This document shows, piece after piece, positions 40,052-48,344 of a DNA stretch of 64,000 nt (its first letter is position 1; each line of letters opens with the position of its first letter). Under the pieces are notes generated by a model, which saw only the letters and a program-made list of their open reading frames with translations, made no database searches and had not been told where the DNA came from. This DNA is from a virus. Its lineage: Duplodnaviria > Caudoviricetes. The stretch is taken from IMG/VR virus record IMGVR_UViG_3300042988_001200. The stretch is one strand, 5' to 3'. The translations under genes were made by a program, and so were the position numbers.

Positions 40052-40089
40052 TAGAGTTTAGTATCTATAAAGGTAAATACTAAACTCTA
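40052..40089. terminator. 13-bp hairpin between Ubl and E1 genes
   Basis: TAGAGTTTAGTAT-12nt-ATACTAAACTCTA. Confidence 0.6.
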
Positions 40090-40095
40090 GGTTCA

Positions 40096-40503
40096 TTAGG
40101 CTTTAACAGCTACTTTTGTATATAAAGTATAGGTAGCTCCCACTTTAACGGGTTGAGACTTGTCCTTTACAATGACTCCATCCTCCTTTATATTGACAAT
40201 ATTATCCTCAAAGTAAAGAGATTCTGATGCTTTCTCAATTAAATCCTCAATGGTAAGACCCTCTACTTCTTCTATATCATATTGGATTTGTTCTCCTAAT
40301 GAAAAGGTGACAGTAGTTACAGTAGTCTTAGAGGTAGATTCTTCCATTCTAGAGGAAGAAATATTATCAACCATTACCTCCATTTCTTCATTAGAAATAG
40401 GTTTATCTAATGAGATAACTTCTGGATTAGTGTCTTTTAAAGAAGAATCTAGTTTATTTAGTAGAGAAACGGTCTTTTGAATAATAGTTTTAACGATGCT
40501 CAT
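40096..40503 (-). CDS. Ubiquitin-like (beta-grasp) protein with N-terminal extension (start revised to ATG 40503)
   Basis: C-terminal 70 aa VTFSLG...LTIEDLI...V.VGATYTLYTKVAVKA; sits between JAB and E1. Confidence 0.7.
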   Translation of the reverse strand: MSIVKTIIQKTVSLLNKLDSSLKDTNPEVISLDKPISNEEMEVMVDNISSSRMEESTSKTTVTTVTFSLGEQIQYDIEEVEGLTIEDLIEKASESLYFEDNIVNIKEDGVIVKDKSQPVKVGATYTLYTKVAVKA

Positions 40504-40504
40504 A

Positions 40505-41335
40505 TCAATACTCCACAAATTTATACTGGTTATCTAACAACAAATCTTCTATGTCAAATAAGGCTATACTTCCATATTTATTCTCCATTAACTTAAGAAA
40601 AGTGTCTAAATCCTTCTTTAACTCTGGATTAATAGTCCTAGATTGAGTCTTAAAGATGAAGGTATTAATAGGTTTACTAGGCTTATTTCCTTTAATAAAA
40701 GTAGTTGTTAAAGGATTAACTAGCTGTTTATATAGAGGAGAAATGCTTATATTAGGAATATAAGTCTCTTCTATTGGTAATAAAAGTAATGGATTAGATA
40801 CAATAAACCTTCTATTGAACTTAGTAATAGAAGGTAGAACTGAATAATTATTGTCCTTTATAGAGTGGATAAGTATATGAAACCCGGGGGATTTAAGCTC
40901 TGAATCATCATCTATAGAAGAAAAATCTCCTTTAATACCAGTAGGATGTAGATGACTATCTCCTACCATTATATAATTATCACTGGTGTAATCCTCTAAT
41001 AAAGCCTCGGATTCTATATCAAATGCTTTAAAACTTAGTCTAGTAGTAGAAGAAAGAGTGACTTGCTGCTCTGGAATTACAATTCTCCACTTATCTAACT
41101 CTTGATTATATAGAATAACTGAGCTTATTTCTAGACTTAAGGAGTTATATTCCTTAAAAATAGATACCATTCTATGCCATAAATCTAGAGGAATCTTATT
41201 AATAGGAGGTACTAATGTAAAGAGTTCTACTACTTGGTCATCTAAACCATCAGGGTCTTCTATCTTTCTATAACAAGTTCCCCAATATGAACTATCTAAT
41301 TTATAACTACCTAGAGTCTTAGTCTTTATATACAT
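40505..41335 (-). CDS. JAB/MPN metalloprotease (deubiquitinase-like)
   Basis: LEISSVIL (Glu) ... VPEQ-like IPEQQV ... SHLHP-x6-FSSIDD..E..GFHI. Confidence 0.85.
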   Translation of the reverse strand: MYIKTKTLGSYKLDSSYWGTCYRKIEDPDGLDDQVVELFTLVPPINKIPLDLWHRMVSIFKEYNSLSLEISSVILYNQELDKWRIVIPEQQVTLSSTTRLSFKAFDIESEALLEDYTSDNYIMVGDSHLHPTGIKGDFSSIDDDSELKSPGFHILIHSIKDNNYSVLPSITKFNRRFIVSNPLLLLPIEETYIPNISISPLYKQLVNPLTTTFIKGNKPSKPINTFIFKTQSRTINPELKKDLDTFLKLMENKYGSIALFDIEDLLLDNQYKFVEY

Positions 41336-42100
41336 CTATTCCTCTTCATCTTTATACTCATCTTCTGAATCATAGTCATCCTCTTCAGTATTTGTATAAT
41401 CCTCTAACTTCTCCCATTCTATTGTTAAGGATTCATCAGACTTATATGCTTCATATTTAGTAAATATTTTCTCTAGAATAGCTTCTAAAGAGTCAATATC
41501 ATTAAAGCCATCTAAATTAAATAGACTATCCCAGTAGATATCGTATAACTCTTTATGAGTGTATTCATCTATATCTATATTATCACCAAAGCATATCTGA
41601 TTATCTGCCATTCTATTGGGTAATGGAAGAAAGTAATATTCGCCTCTTATACAAGTAGTTATATAGAACTTACTTTCTCCAGATTCTTTATCATCTAAAT
41701 ACCAGAACTCATGTATAGGTAATCTAAATTCTATAGTTGTAATAATATCTTCTGGTTCTAGTTTTCTACATTTACCCTCTAATACAAATGAAATATCTCT
41801 CTCATAGGATTCCTCTAGAGAACATATATAACTCTCTTTTTTTAATAGAGAGAACCTTGTATTTAAATCCTTTATATAGGGTTCTAATTTATTGATTAAA
41901 ATCTCATCAATCTCATTAATTCTACAATAATTTCTAATTATCTTTAAATTTAAATCATTTATACTCTCTTTAAAGTTAAACCAATTATTGAACTTACAGT
42001 ATTTACATTCTTTGTTTTTAATATCTCCAGTATCTCTATTAATTATTTTAATAGTTTTTACTTGCTCTCTATAAATTTCTATTAACTCAGGATTTGACAT
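41336..42100 (-). CDS. Prokaryotic E2-like conjugating enzyme (family D-like; start revised to ATG 42100)
   Basis: YFLPLPNRMADNQICFG...YWDSLFN; acidic C-terminal tail. Confidence 0.75.
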   Translation of the reverse strand: MSNPELIEIYREQVKTIKIINRDTGDIKNKECKYCKFNNWFNFKESINDLNLKIIRNYCRINEIDEILINKLEPYIKDLNTRFSLLKKESYICSLEESYERDISFVLEGKCRKLEPEDIITTIEFRLPIHEFWYLDDKESGESKFYITTCIRGEYYFLPLPNRMADNQICFGDNIDIDEYTHKELYDIYWDSLFNLDGFNDIDSLEAILEKIFTKYEAYKSDESLTIEWEKLEDYTNTEEDDYDSEDEYKDEEE

Positions 42101-42118
42101 CTTTATACCCCTTAAAAC

Positions 42119-42146
42119 AGTAGGAGTTAGGGGTCTAACTCCTACT
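42119..42146 (-). terminator. 12-bp hairpin downstream of hli
   Basis: AGTAGGAGTTAG-4nt-CTAACTCCTACT then GTTTT on minus strand. Confidence 0.65.
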
Positions 42147-42155
42147 TTATACAAT

Positions 42156-42308
42156 TTAATGAACAATTATTAGCTTAATAAGATTACCAAATGGACCAGA
42201 TAGAGTTACTAATTCTAAGAATAGTAGACTAATAAACCCTATCATTGCTAATCTTCCATTCACTAATTCAGCAGTATTATCAAATATAAATCTAGGTTTA
42301 ATCTTCAT
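42156..42308 (-). CDS. hli: High-light-inducible protein (HliP); not in ORF track
   Basis: MKIKPRFIFDNTAELVNGRLAMIGFISLLFLELVTLSGPFGNLIKLIIVH contains the chlorophyll-binding ExxNGRxAMxG motif. Confidence 0.92.
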   Translation of the reverse strand: MKIKPRFIFDNTAELVNGRLAMIGFISLLFLELVTLSGPFGNLIKLIIVH

Positions 42309-42443
42309 AATAAGCGTATAAATTTAATGCAATTGGATTTAAATATAGAGAGTTATTCATATAAACAGTATAAATCCTTTAGTTTATATAATACTTTGGA
42401 GGATTGAATTGTATTTTTACACCTTAAGTATATATTCATAGGT

Positions 42444-42872
42444 CTAAACTCCTAGTTTACAGATAATAGAGGAAGGAATCTGGTAATTAATAAGAGTCTT
42501 TACAGTATTCCAATTACCCCCTCCTAGACCACAACCTATTTTATAAGGGATATAAACTTTAAGATTTAACTCTTGGGCTATTTCATTAACTAACCCTAAT
42601 CCTTTAGATAGAGCTTTATAGTCTGTATGTATCCCTGTATTACCATAGGTATTTTGCCCAATTAGAGATACTATTACTAGGCTCTCTATTCTAGTAGTAA
42701 TAATATCTCCCATTTCTAGATTACCTACTTGTGATTTATAATCTATTTCTACTTGAGGATATTTAGTTTTAATGGATAAAGCTAGACCTTTACCCATTAC
42801 TCCTTGTTTATTAACCTGATGGACGATGATTCCTTCTTTAATGTCTAAGATATTCTTCTCTATGATTTCCAT
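42444..42872 (-). CDS. Macrodomain protein (ADP-ribose processing)
   Basis: NIL...IVHQVN..GVMGKGLA..IK.KYP...PYKIGCGLGGGNW. Confidence 0.88.
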   Translation of the reverse strand: MEIIEKNILDIKEGIIVHQVNKQGVMGKGLALSIKTKYPQVEIDYKSQVGNLEMGDIITTRIESLVIVSLIGQNTYGNTGIHTDYKALSKGLGLVNEIAQELNLKVYIPYKIGCGLGGGNWNTVKTLINYQIPSSIICKLGV

Positions 42873-43204
42873 TAAAGACCTTTTATTAATTGGATATAAC
42901 CTTTATTTAATTGAATATAGTTGTTTAGAATTGTATTTAGTAACTCTATAAGTTGCTCTTTAGAGGCTCTATCTATACAACTTTCAAAGGTTTCTTTTAT
43001 ATCTTTATCTTCAGTATTCTCATAGAATTTACCTATACTCTTAACAAAGTATATTATCTTTAGCTTCCTATTCTCTCTATAATAGTTCTCTAAAGTCTCA
43101 ATTACTAATTGTTTTAAATCCTCTCTATTAAGATTTCTGGCCTTTAAATTATATGAAGCAATCTTAAACTGCTCTTCTAAAGTGAGATTTAAGGTAGATT
43201 CCAT
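42872..43204 (-). CDS. nblA: NblA-like phycobilisome degradation adaptor, tandem two-unit fusion
   Basis: Unit 1 LTLEEQFKIASY...LNREDLKQLVI; unit 2 F...IDRASKEQLIELL..I..YIQLIKG. Confidence 0.7.
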   Translation of the reverse strand: MESTLNLTLEEQFKIASYNLKARNLNREDLKQLVIETLENYYRENRKLKIIYFVKSIGKFYENTEDKDIKETFESCIDRASKEQLIELLNTILNNYIQLNKGYIQLIKGL

Positions 43205-43212
43205 AATATTAA

Positions 43213-43710
43213 TTAAATATAACTAAGGATGTTCTGAACTTTAACAAGAGTTTTATAACTAATCTCTTCATTTATTAACTCATTAGACTTATCTATAAAT
43301 ATAAATGTGTGTAAAAAGTTGAATAAATACAGATTATAATCCTCTGTTAAAGTACCTAAACTGTTATAAATTAATGTAACTAAGTCATCAAACTCCTCTT
43401 GTTCTGTCACCTTCTGCTCAATATATCTACTAGAAAAGAAGTTATTAAGCTCCTTTTTTTCTATATCATTTCCCTTTTCTATGTCTTCTATAGCCTTTTC
43501 TATTAGACTAGTAAGAGTGTCTTTTTCGTTTAGATACTTAAGAGTAGATAACCTAGACTTCTCCTCTTTTAGAATACTAATAACTATACTAATCCTTTCT
43601 TTTATATTAATACTCTTAATAAGAAAGTCAATAAATGTATCTAGTTTATTTATATCGTTCTGAATCTGGTTTCTCTTTTGTTGAAGACTAATGTACTTTT
43701 TATAGTCCAT
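43213..43710 (-). CDS. Coiled-coil hypothetical protein
   Basis: 165-aa ORF. Confidence 0.55.
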   Translation of the reverse strand: MDYKKYISLQQKRNQIQNDINKLDTFIDFLIKSINIKERISIVISILKEEKSRLSTLKYLNEKDTLTSLIEKAIEDIEKGNDIEKKELNNFFSSRYIEQKVTEQEEFDDLVTLIYNSLGTLTEDYNLYLFNFLHTFIFIDKSNELINEEISYKTLVKVQNILSYI

Positions 43711-43815
43711 TTACTTAGATTCCTTATTCTTAATATCTTTAATCTCAACCATCTCAGAGGAGTTTCTAGATTTATAGTTTCTAGATTTATCTTTATTAGA
43801 CTGTTCTTCTTTCAT
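43711..43815 (-). CDS. 34-aa charged peptide; not in ORF track
   Basis: MKEEQSNKDKSRNYKSRNSSEMVEIKDIKNKESK; ATGA overlap upstream, TAA-ATG abutment downstream. Confidence 0.5.
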   Translation of the reverse strand: MKEEQSNKDKSRNYKSRNSSEMVEIKDIKNKESK

Positions 43816-44078
43816 TTTAGTAGATTAGATAATAGGTAATTAATATTGATTATATATTGGTCTATCTCTGGAGTAGTACCTACTGGAAGAATATACTCTT
43901 TACCATTAAGGGTCCAGCTACATGTATCTTTAGGTAAGTCTTTGTATTCTGCCATAAGAGGGTCTAACTCCTTAAATAATAAAGAGGATTGAGTTACTAT
44001 TATACCTATATTATTTAAGGTGAATTGTAAGTCTCTGGACCACTCTTCATAATCATACTTAGATTTATCTTTATTCAT
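43812..44078 (-). CDS. Hypothetical protein
   Basis: 88-aa ORF. Confidence 0.55.
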   Translation of the reverse strand: MNKDKSKYDYEEWSRDLQFTLNNIGIIVTQSSLLFKELDPLMAEYKDLPKDTCSWTLNGKEYILPVGTTPEIDQYIININYLLSNLLK

Positions 44079-45498
44079 AATATTCTATACAATCTTCTCC
44101 ATATATGGTCTTAACAATTTCTATTTGAGTTATTGCTTGATTATTAAAAGGCCATGTATTATCTTTAATAATTACTATAACAGGTCTCTTATTAGATAAA
44201 CTATTCTTTCTTAAAGCTCTCCCTATCTGTTGAATAAGAGACCTACCTTCTTCTCCTCCCTTACCAGCTAAGGCTAATATAATCCATTGAATACTAGGTA
44301 TATTAGTCCCTTCTCTTATACTATTAGGTCCACTTATAACTACAGGGTTAGAACCTTTATTTAAACTATCTAATATCTTTAGATTAGTTTTACTTGTATT
44401 ATTTCCTTTTAGAATAGGTATATCTAATGTAGGTATCCTATCATTAAGTTTCTTCTTTAGAATATCAGCATGGGACCCTTCTTTAACTCTACTTACAACT
44501 AATAATCCACTACCTAGAGAGATAAACTCTTCTACTAAATTACATATCAACTCATTTCTATCTGGATTTTTATTAATAACTAAATCTAATAGATACTCAT
44601 AATTAAAATGGTCAAAGGTCCCATCCTTCTTCTTTAGATTTCTATTAGCTATAAGTTGTAATAATCTTTTATTATTAGTCTTATAAGAACAGTTATAGAC
44701 CCTAACTATGGGCTTTTCTATATGGTTTAAATCTATTAAATTCTTAACTTCTAAGTTATATATAAGGTTTCCAAATAGCCCAATGGATAAGTTATTAAGT
44801 GCTGGAGTAGCACTTAGACCTACTTTATAATATGTATTTACTAGATATTTAGACAGAACACATATAGTAGGGGTTATCATTAAATGAACTTCATCAGCTA
44901 TTAATACATTAACTCCTTTTAAATATTCTTTAAACTCCTCTAATCTTGTATATAAAGTATCTGGAATGGCTATGTTTACTCTCTTAATCTTTACCTTTCC
45001 ATCACCTATTTGGCCTACTTCCTCTCCTATATATTTAGATATCTCATCTATAGTCTGATATAAAAGGGTAGTTGTAGGTACTAATACTAGTAGTTTGGAG
45101 GTAGGGAAGTAGGTAATTAGTTCCCCTATAACAAAGGTTTTACCCCCTCCAGTAGGTATAGAAACTATACCTCTTTTATTAGTAAGTATCTCTTTAACTG
45201 CATCCTTCTGATAATCTCTTAGTTTATTATTAAGAGATTTGGATATAGGTTCTACTATATCTCCTTTAAATTCACCCTCTTCCTTAGTAATAAGAGGGGC
45301 TAAACCACTTAAACAGTAATAGAAATCTTTATTATCCTTATTCTTAATTTCATATAACTGTATTACTTCAGGGTCTTTAGTCTCTATATTAGGTATAAAT
45401 TCCTTTACTTTATTATCTTTTATAGTAAAGGTTTTAAAGGGATAAGGTTCTTGTAAGCCCTCAATCCTACAGATATGCCCATTATATTTATATTTCAT
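44071..45498 (-). CDS. Superfamily 2 (DEAD/DEAH, UvsW-like) helicase
   Basis: LRDYQ, PTGGGKT, DEVH, GLSATP, EGTNIP, QQIGRALR. Confidence 0.9.
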   Translation of the reverse strand: MKYKYNGHICRIEGLQEPYPFKTFTIKDNKVKEFIPNIETKDPEVIQLYEIKNKDNKDFYYCLSGLAPLITKEEGEFKGDIVEPISKSLNNKLRDYQKDAVKEILTNKRGIVSIPTGGGKTFVIGELITYFPTSKLLVLVPTTTLLYQTIDEISKYIGEEVGQIGDGKVKIKRVNIAIPDTLYTRLEEFKEYLKGVNVLIADEVHLMITPTICVLSKYLVNTYYKVGLSATPALNNLSIGLFGNLIYNLEVKNLIDLNHIEKPIVRVYNCSYKTNNKRLLQLIANRNLKKKDGTFDHFNYEYLLDLVINKNPDRNELICNLVEEFISLGSGLLVVSRVKEGSHADILKKKLNDRIPTLDIPILKGNNTSKTNLKILDSLNKGSNPVVISGPNSIREGTNIPSIQWIILALAGKGGEEGRSLIQQIGRALRKNSLSNKRPVIVIIKDNTWPFNNQAITQIEIVKTIYGEDCIEYYE

Positions 45499-45525
45499 AT
45501 TCTCTATATAACCTATCTAAATGGG

Positions 45526-45571
45526 ATTTATATCAATTTATAATCTTTGGTTATTATAAATTGATATAAAT
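45526..45571. terminator. 19-bp perfect hairpin
   Basis: ATTTATATCAATTTATAAT-8nt-ATTATAAATTGATATAAAT. Confidence 0.65.
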
Positions 45572-45576
45572 TGATG

Positions 45577-46518
45577 TTAACTAAAGAGTTTATTCATTGA
45601 AAGATTATCTCTATAAAACTCATTATTAGTTGTATATAAGACTTTATACTCGTTTTTAATAGGTATTATATCTACATCTAATATAGAAAAATTATTCTGC
45701 TTGAGTATAGTAGGAGCTAAATTAGTAGATAAAGCCTCTTCTAGATATATAACACCATTGTTATCTGTAATAATAAATGTATTTGTATTAGGTATGCTTT
45801 TAATACAGAGGATACTTTCAAGGGATAGGAATATAACTCTACCTTCACCTACTTCAAAGTTCTTATTGAAGGGGTATATAAAGATATACCCATTATTATC
45901 CCCTTTACAGATAAAGTTATTAGATACATCCATAGAAGTACATAAATATGGATGATTTTCTATTTCAAGAGCTATTTCTAGTTCATTAATAACATCCTCT
46001 GTACTAGAGATGTTCTGTAGGATAGTTAGATTAAGGTTAGAGGAGTTCAGATGATAGATTTCTACATAACCATCACAGAATAGAATAAAGATTCTATCCT
46101 TATGGACTTTTAAATCAATAGCATCATTCTTACTAAGTTCATAAGAGATGGATTTATTAGATAGAACATTAAATATAGTTAATCTATCAAAGAACAAGAT
46201 AAGAAGTAAATGGTCGTTAAACCATTGAATACTACAAGTAGTATTGTCAATAGAAATATTAGTTTGTTCTTCAATATCTCCATTACTTTTAACCTTAAGT
46301 AGAGGTAGAATGCTAGGTTGATTAATTGGTTCTAAACTAAATTGACCTACAGCGACTAATCCCCTTTCTTTATTTATTGCTAGATTACCAACAGAGAAGG
46401 GGGTTTCTACCTCTATACATTTAGAACCTTTATTAATAAATAGCTTATTTTCAAAGGCCCCAAAGATATTAATATCATTAATAAACATCTTGCCACAGGA
46501 GAGGGTTCCCTTAAACAT
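45577..46518 (-). CDS. WD40-like beta-propeller protein
   Basis: Repeated blades such as CTSMDVS.NFICKGDNNGYIFIY and CSIQWFNDHLLLI. Confidence 0.6.
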   Translation of the reverse strand: MFKGTLSCGKMFINDINIFGAFENKLFINKGSKCIEVETPFSVGNLAINKERGLVAVGQFSLEPINQPSILPLLKVKSNGDIEEQTNISIDNTTCSIQWFNDHLLLILFFDRLTIFNVLSNKSISYELSKNDAIDLKVHKDRIFILFCDGYVEIYHLNSSNLNLTILQNISSTEDVINELEIALEIENHPYLCTSMDVSNNFICKGDNNGYIFIYPFNKNFEVGEGRVIFLSLESILCIKSIPNTNTFIITDNNGVIYLEEALSTNLAPTILKQNNFSILDVDIIPIKNEYKVLYTTNNEFYRDNLSMNKLFS

Positions 46519-46523
46519 ATCTA

Positions 46524-47159
46524 CTATCCTTTTTCTAATATTTGGTTAATCTTATTTAATCTTTGCTCTTGGTTCTTCTTAATACAATGGTTTCTCCTTG
46601 ATAAAGAGCTGGAACTTGTAACATAATAACCATTGTTTCTACAATTAAAGAAGAGACCAGTAGCACTGCCCTCAAAACTATTTACCCTTGCTAGTTTAAT
46701 AGATTCATCATCTTTACCTTTAATAAACTTATAGAAGTTAGAAGCTGCACTGGGACTTTGATTATATAGGTCTAGATAATTAAGAATAACCTTTTCATCT
46801 TTATACTTAATCTTATCTAAACCTTTATCTAGGGCTTTTCTTAAGAATGATAAACAGTATTTATCAGCCTCCTCTACACTACCCTTAAACCCATTAGCAG
46901 AACAGAACCCTTTATTAAACTTACTATTACCAGGGTCTATATGACCCCCATAATGAATGGTTCTATTACCATTTATATCAAGAGTTCCTTCTGCATAGCC
47001 TATAGCTCTAATCCAATTAGACTTTACTTCTTTATCTAATACTAAAGAACTTTGTTCTACTTTTTCTTTGGGAGTAGGAATTTCAATAGGCTCATTACTA
47101 TTTGAATGAAATATTGTATATATAAATATAAGTATTGTTATTATATATAAAGAATTCAT
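46524..47159 (-). CDS. Membrane-anchored lysozyme-like protein
   Basis: Signal anchor; AIGYAEGT...YGGHIDPGN..FNKG. Confidence 0.45.
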   Translation of the reverse strand: MNSLYIITILIFIYTIFHSNSNEPIEIPTPKEKVEQSSLVLDKEVKSNWIRAIGYAEGTLDINGNRTIHYGGHIDPGNSKFNKGFCSANGFKGSVEEADKYCLSFLRKALDKGLDKIKYKDEKVILNYLDLYNQSPSAASNFYKFIKGKDDESIKLARVNSFEGSATGLFFNCRNNGYYVTSSSSLSRRNHCIKKNQEQRLNKINQILEKG

Positions 47160-47170
47160 TATACTTAATT

Positions 47171-47353
47171 ATGTTATACAAACTTAATGTTGAATATCTT
47201 GTTTATGGAGAATTAGAAGTAGAAGCTGAGACAGAAGAGGAAGCAATTAGTTCTACTTATGATATGGAACCCTCTTTTTCTATCCCAGAGGGATTTAATT
47301 ATGAGGTAAGTATTAATACTAACTACCCCTCTTCTTCCTCAGACTGTGAATAA
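47171..47353 (+). CDS. Small very acidic protein (start revised to ATG 47171)
   Basis: 60 aa, 14 D/E versus 1 K; VEAETEEEAI. Confidence 0.6.
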   Translation: MLYKLNVEYLVYGELEVEAETEEEAISSTYDMEPSFSIPEGFNYEVSINTNYPSSSSDCE

Positions 47354-47354
47354 T

Positions 47355-47927
47355 TTATGGGTTTTTACATGTTGAAATAAAGAACTTGGGAGATACTTCT
47401 CTTGTTAACCATACGGTTTTAGGCTTTGTCTCCCAAAATAATAACCCCTCCTCTTGCATTAATTTACTGTTAATACTAACTATATAACTAGGTAAATTAA
47501 CTTTTCTACCATTTCTATCTCCTATTTGTCTGGCTGATTCTCTCTTAGTAGAAAGGTGAACTAGATATCTGGATATAGGTAATATACCTTTTTCTTTTAT
47601 ATCTTTAACTCTATCTTCGGTTAATCCGTGATATAAAATAGGGGGTGGAGTTTTAGGTTTATCTAATATTGGATAAGGAAAACTATGACCATAACAAGCT
47701 CTAATAATAGTGTTATTCCTTTCAAATCTCTTATTATTCTTAATGAAACTGGTTATATCCTCACTAGTTATATCTTCTAAACCTATAATCTCATTAATTA
47801 ATTTAGTAACTTCTTGTACATTAAACCACCCTCCCTCATTAGTTTTATTACCACAGTGTCTTAATATATAACATAAAGATTTAGATAACTTAGTTAATTT
47901 AGTTTTAGTAGCATCTTTAATTGTCAT
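47355..47927 (-). CDS. kptA: RNA 2'-phosphotransferase (Tpt1/KptA)
   Basis: SKSLCYILRH, KRFE, IRACYGHS, LYHG, R.LVHLS, VWLT..V.P. Confidence 0.9.
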   Translation of the reverse strand: MTIKDATKTKLTKLSKSLCYILRHCGNKTNEGGWFNVQEVTKLINEIIGLEDITSEDITSFIKNNKRFERNNTIIRACYGHSFPYPILDKPKTPPPILYHGLTEDRVKDIKEKGILPISRYLVHLSTKRESARQIGDRNGRKVNLPSYIVSINSKLMQEEGLLFWETKPKTVWLTREVSPKFFISTCKNP

Positions 47928-48306
47928 AAGGTTCTACCTTTATAGGAGAAAAATAAAGATTATCTTTTTCTATTGAACTAGGATATTTATTCTCTGTAAC
48001 TACATAATTCTTACATTCAGGAATGTATTCTTCTAGAATGGTTAATTTCTCCTTTGAATTTAAAGGATTTATATAACTCTTTTTATCTATTAGAACTAAT
48101 TCCTTTTCTACAAAGCATCCATTAATTAGATGAATAGTTCTATTCTCTAGGTTCTTATATAACTCATTTAACTTAAATTCATTAAAAGAGTATATATCTA
48201 AAGGTTTAAAACTACTACATATAGACTTATTTCCTTTTATTAAACATATATTTTCTATATATTTAGAGCATCTTTTACATCCATTATTCTTTGAGTTAAA
48301 GTTCAT
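47917..48306 (-). CDS. Hypothetical protein with N-terminal Cys cluster
   Basis: CKRC...C...C. Confidence 0.5.
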   Translation of the reverse strand: MNFNSKNNGCKRCSKYIENICLIKGNKSICSSFKPLDIYSFNEFKLNELYKNLENRTIHLINGCFVEKELVLIDKKSYINPLNSKEKLTILEEYIPECKNYVVTENKYPSSIEKDNLYFSPIKVEPYDN

Positions 48307-48344
48307 ATTTATATACTTAGAGTCTTTTAATTCATTATATAACT

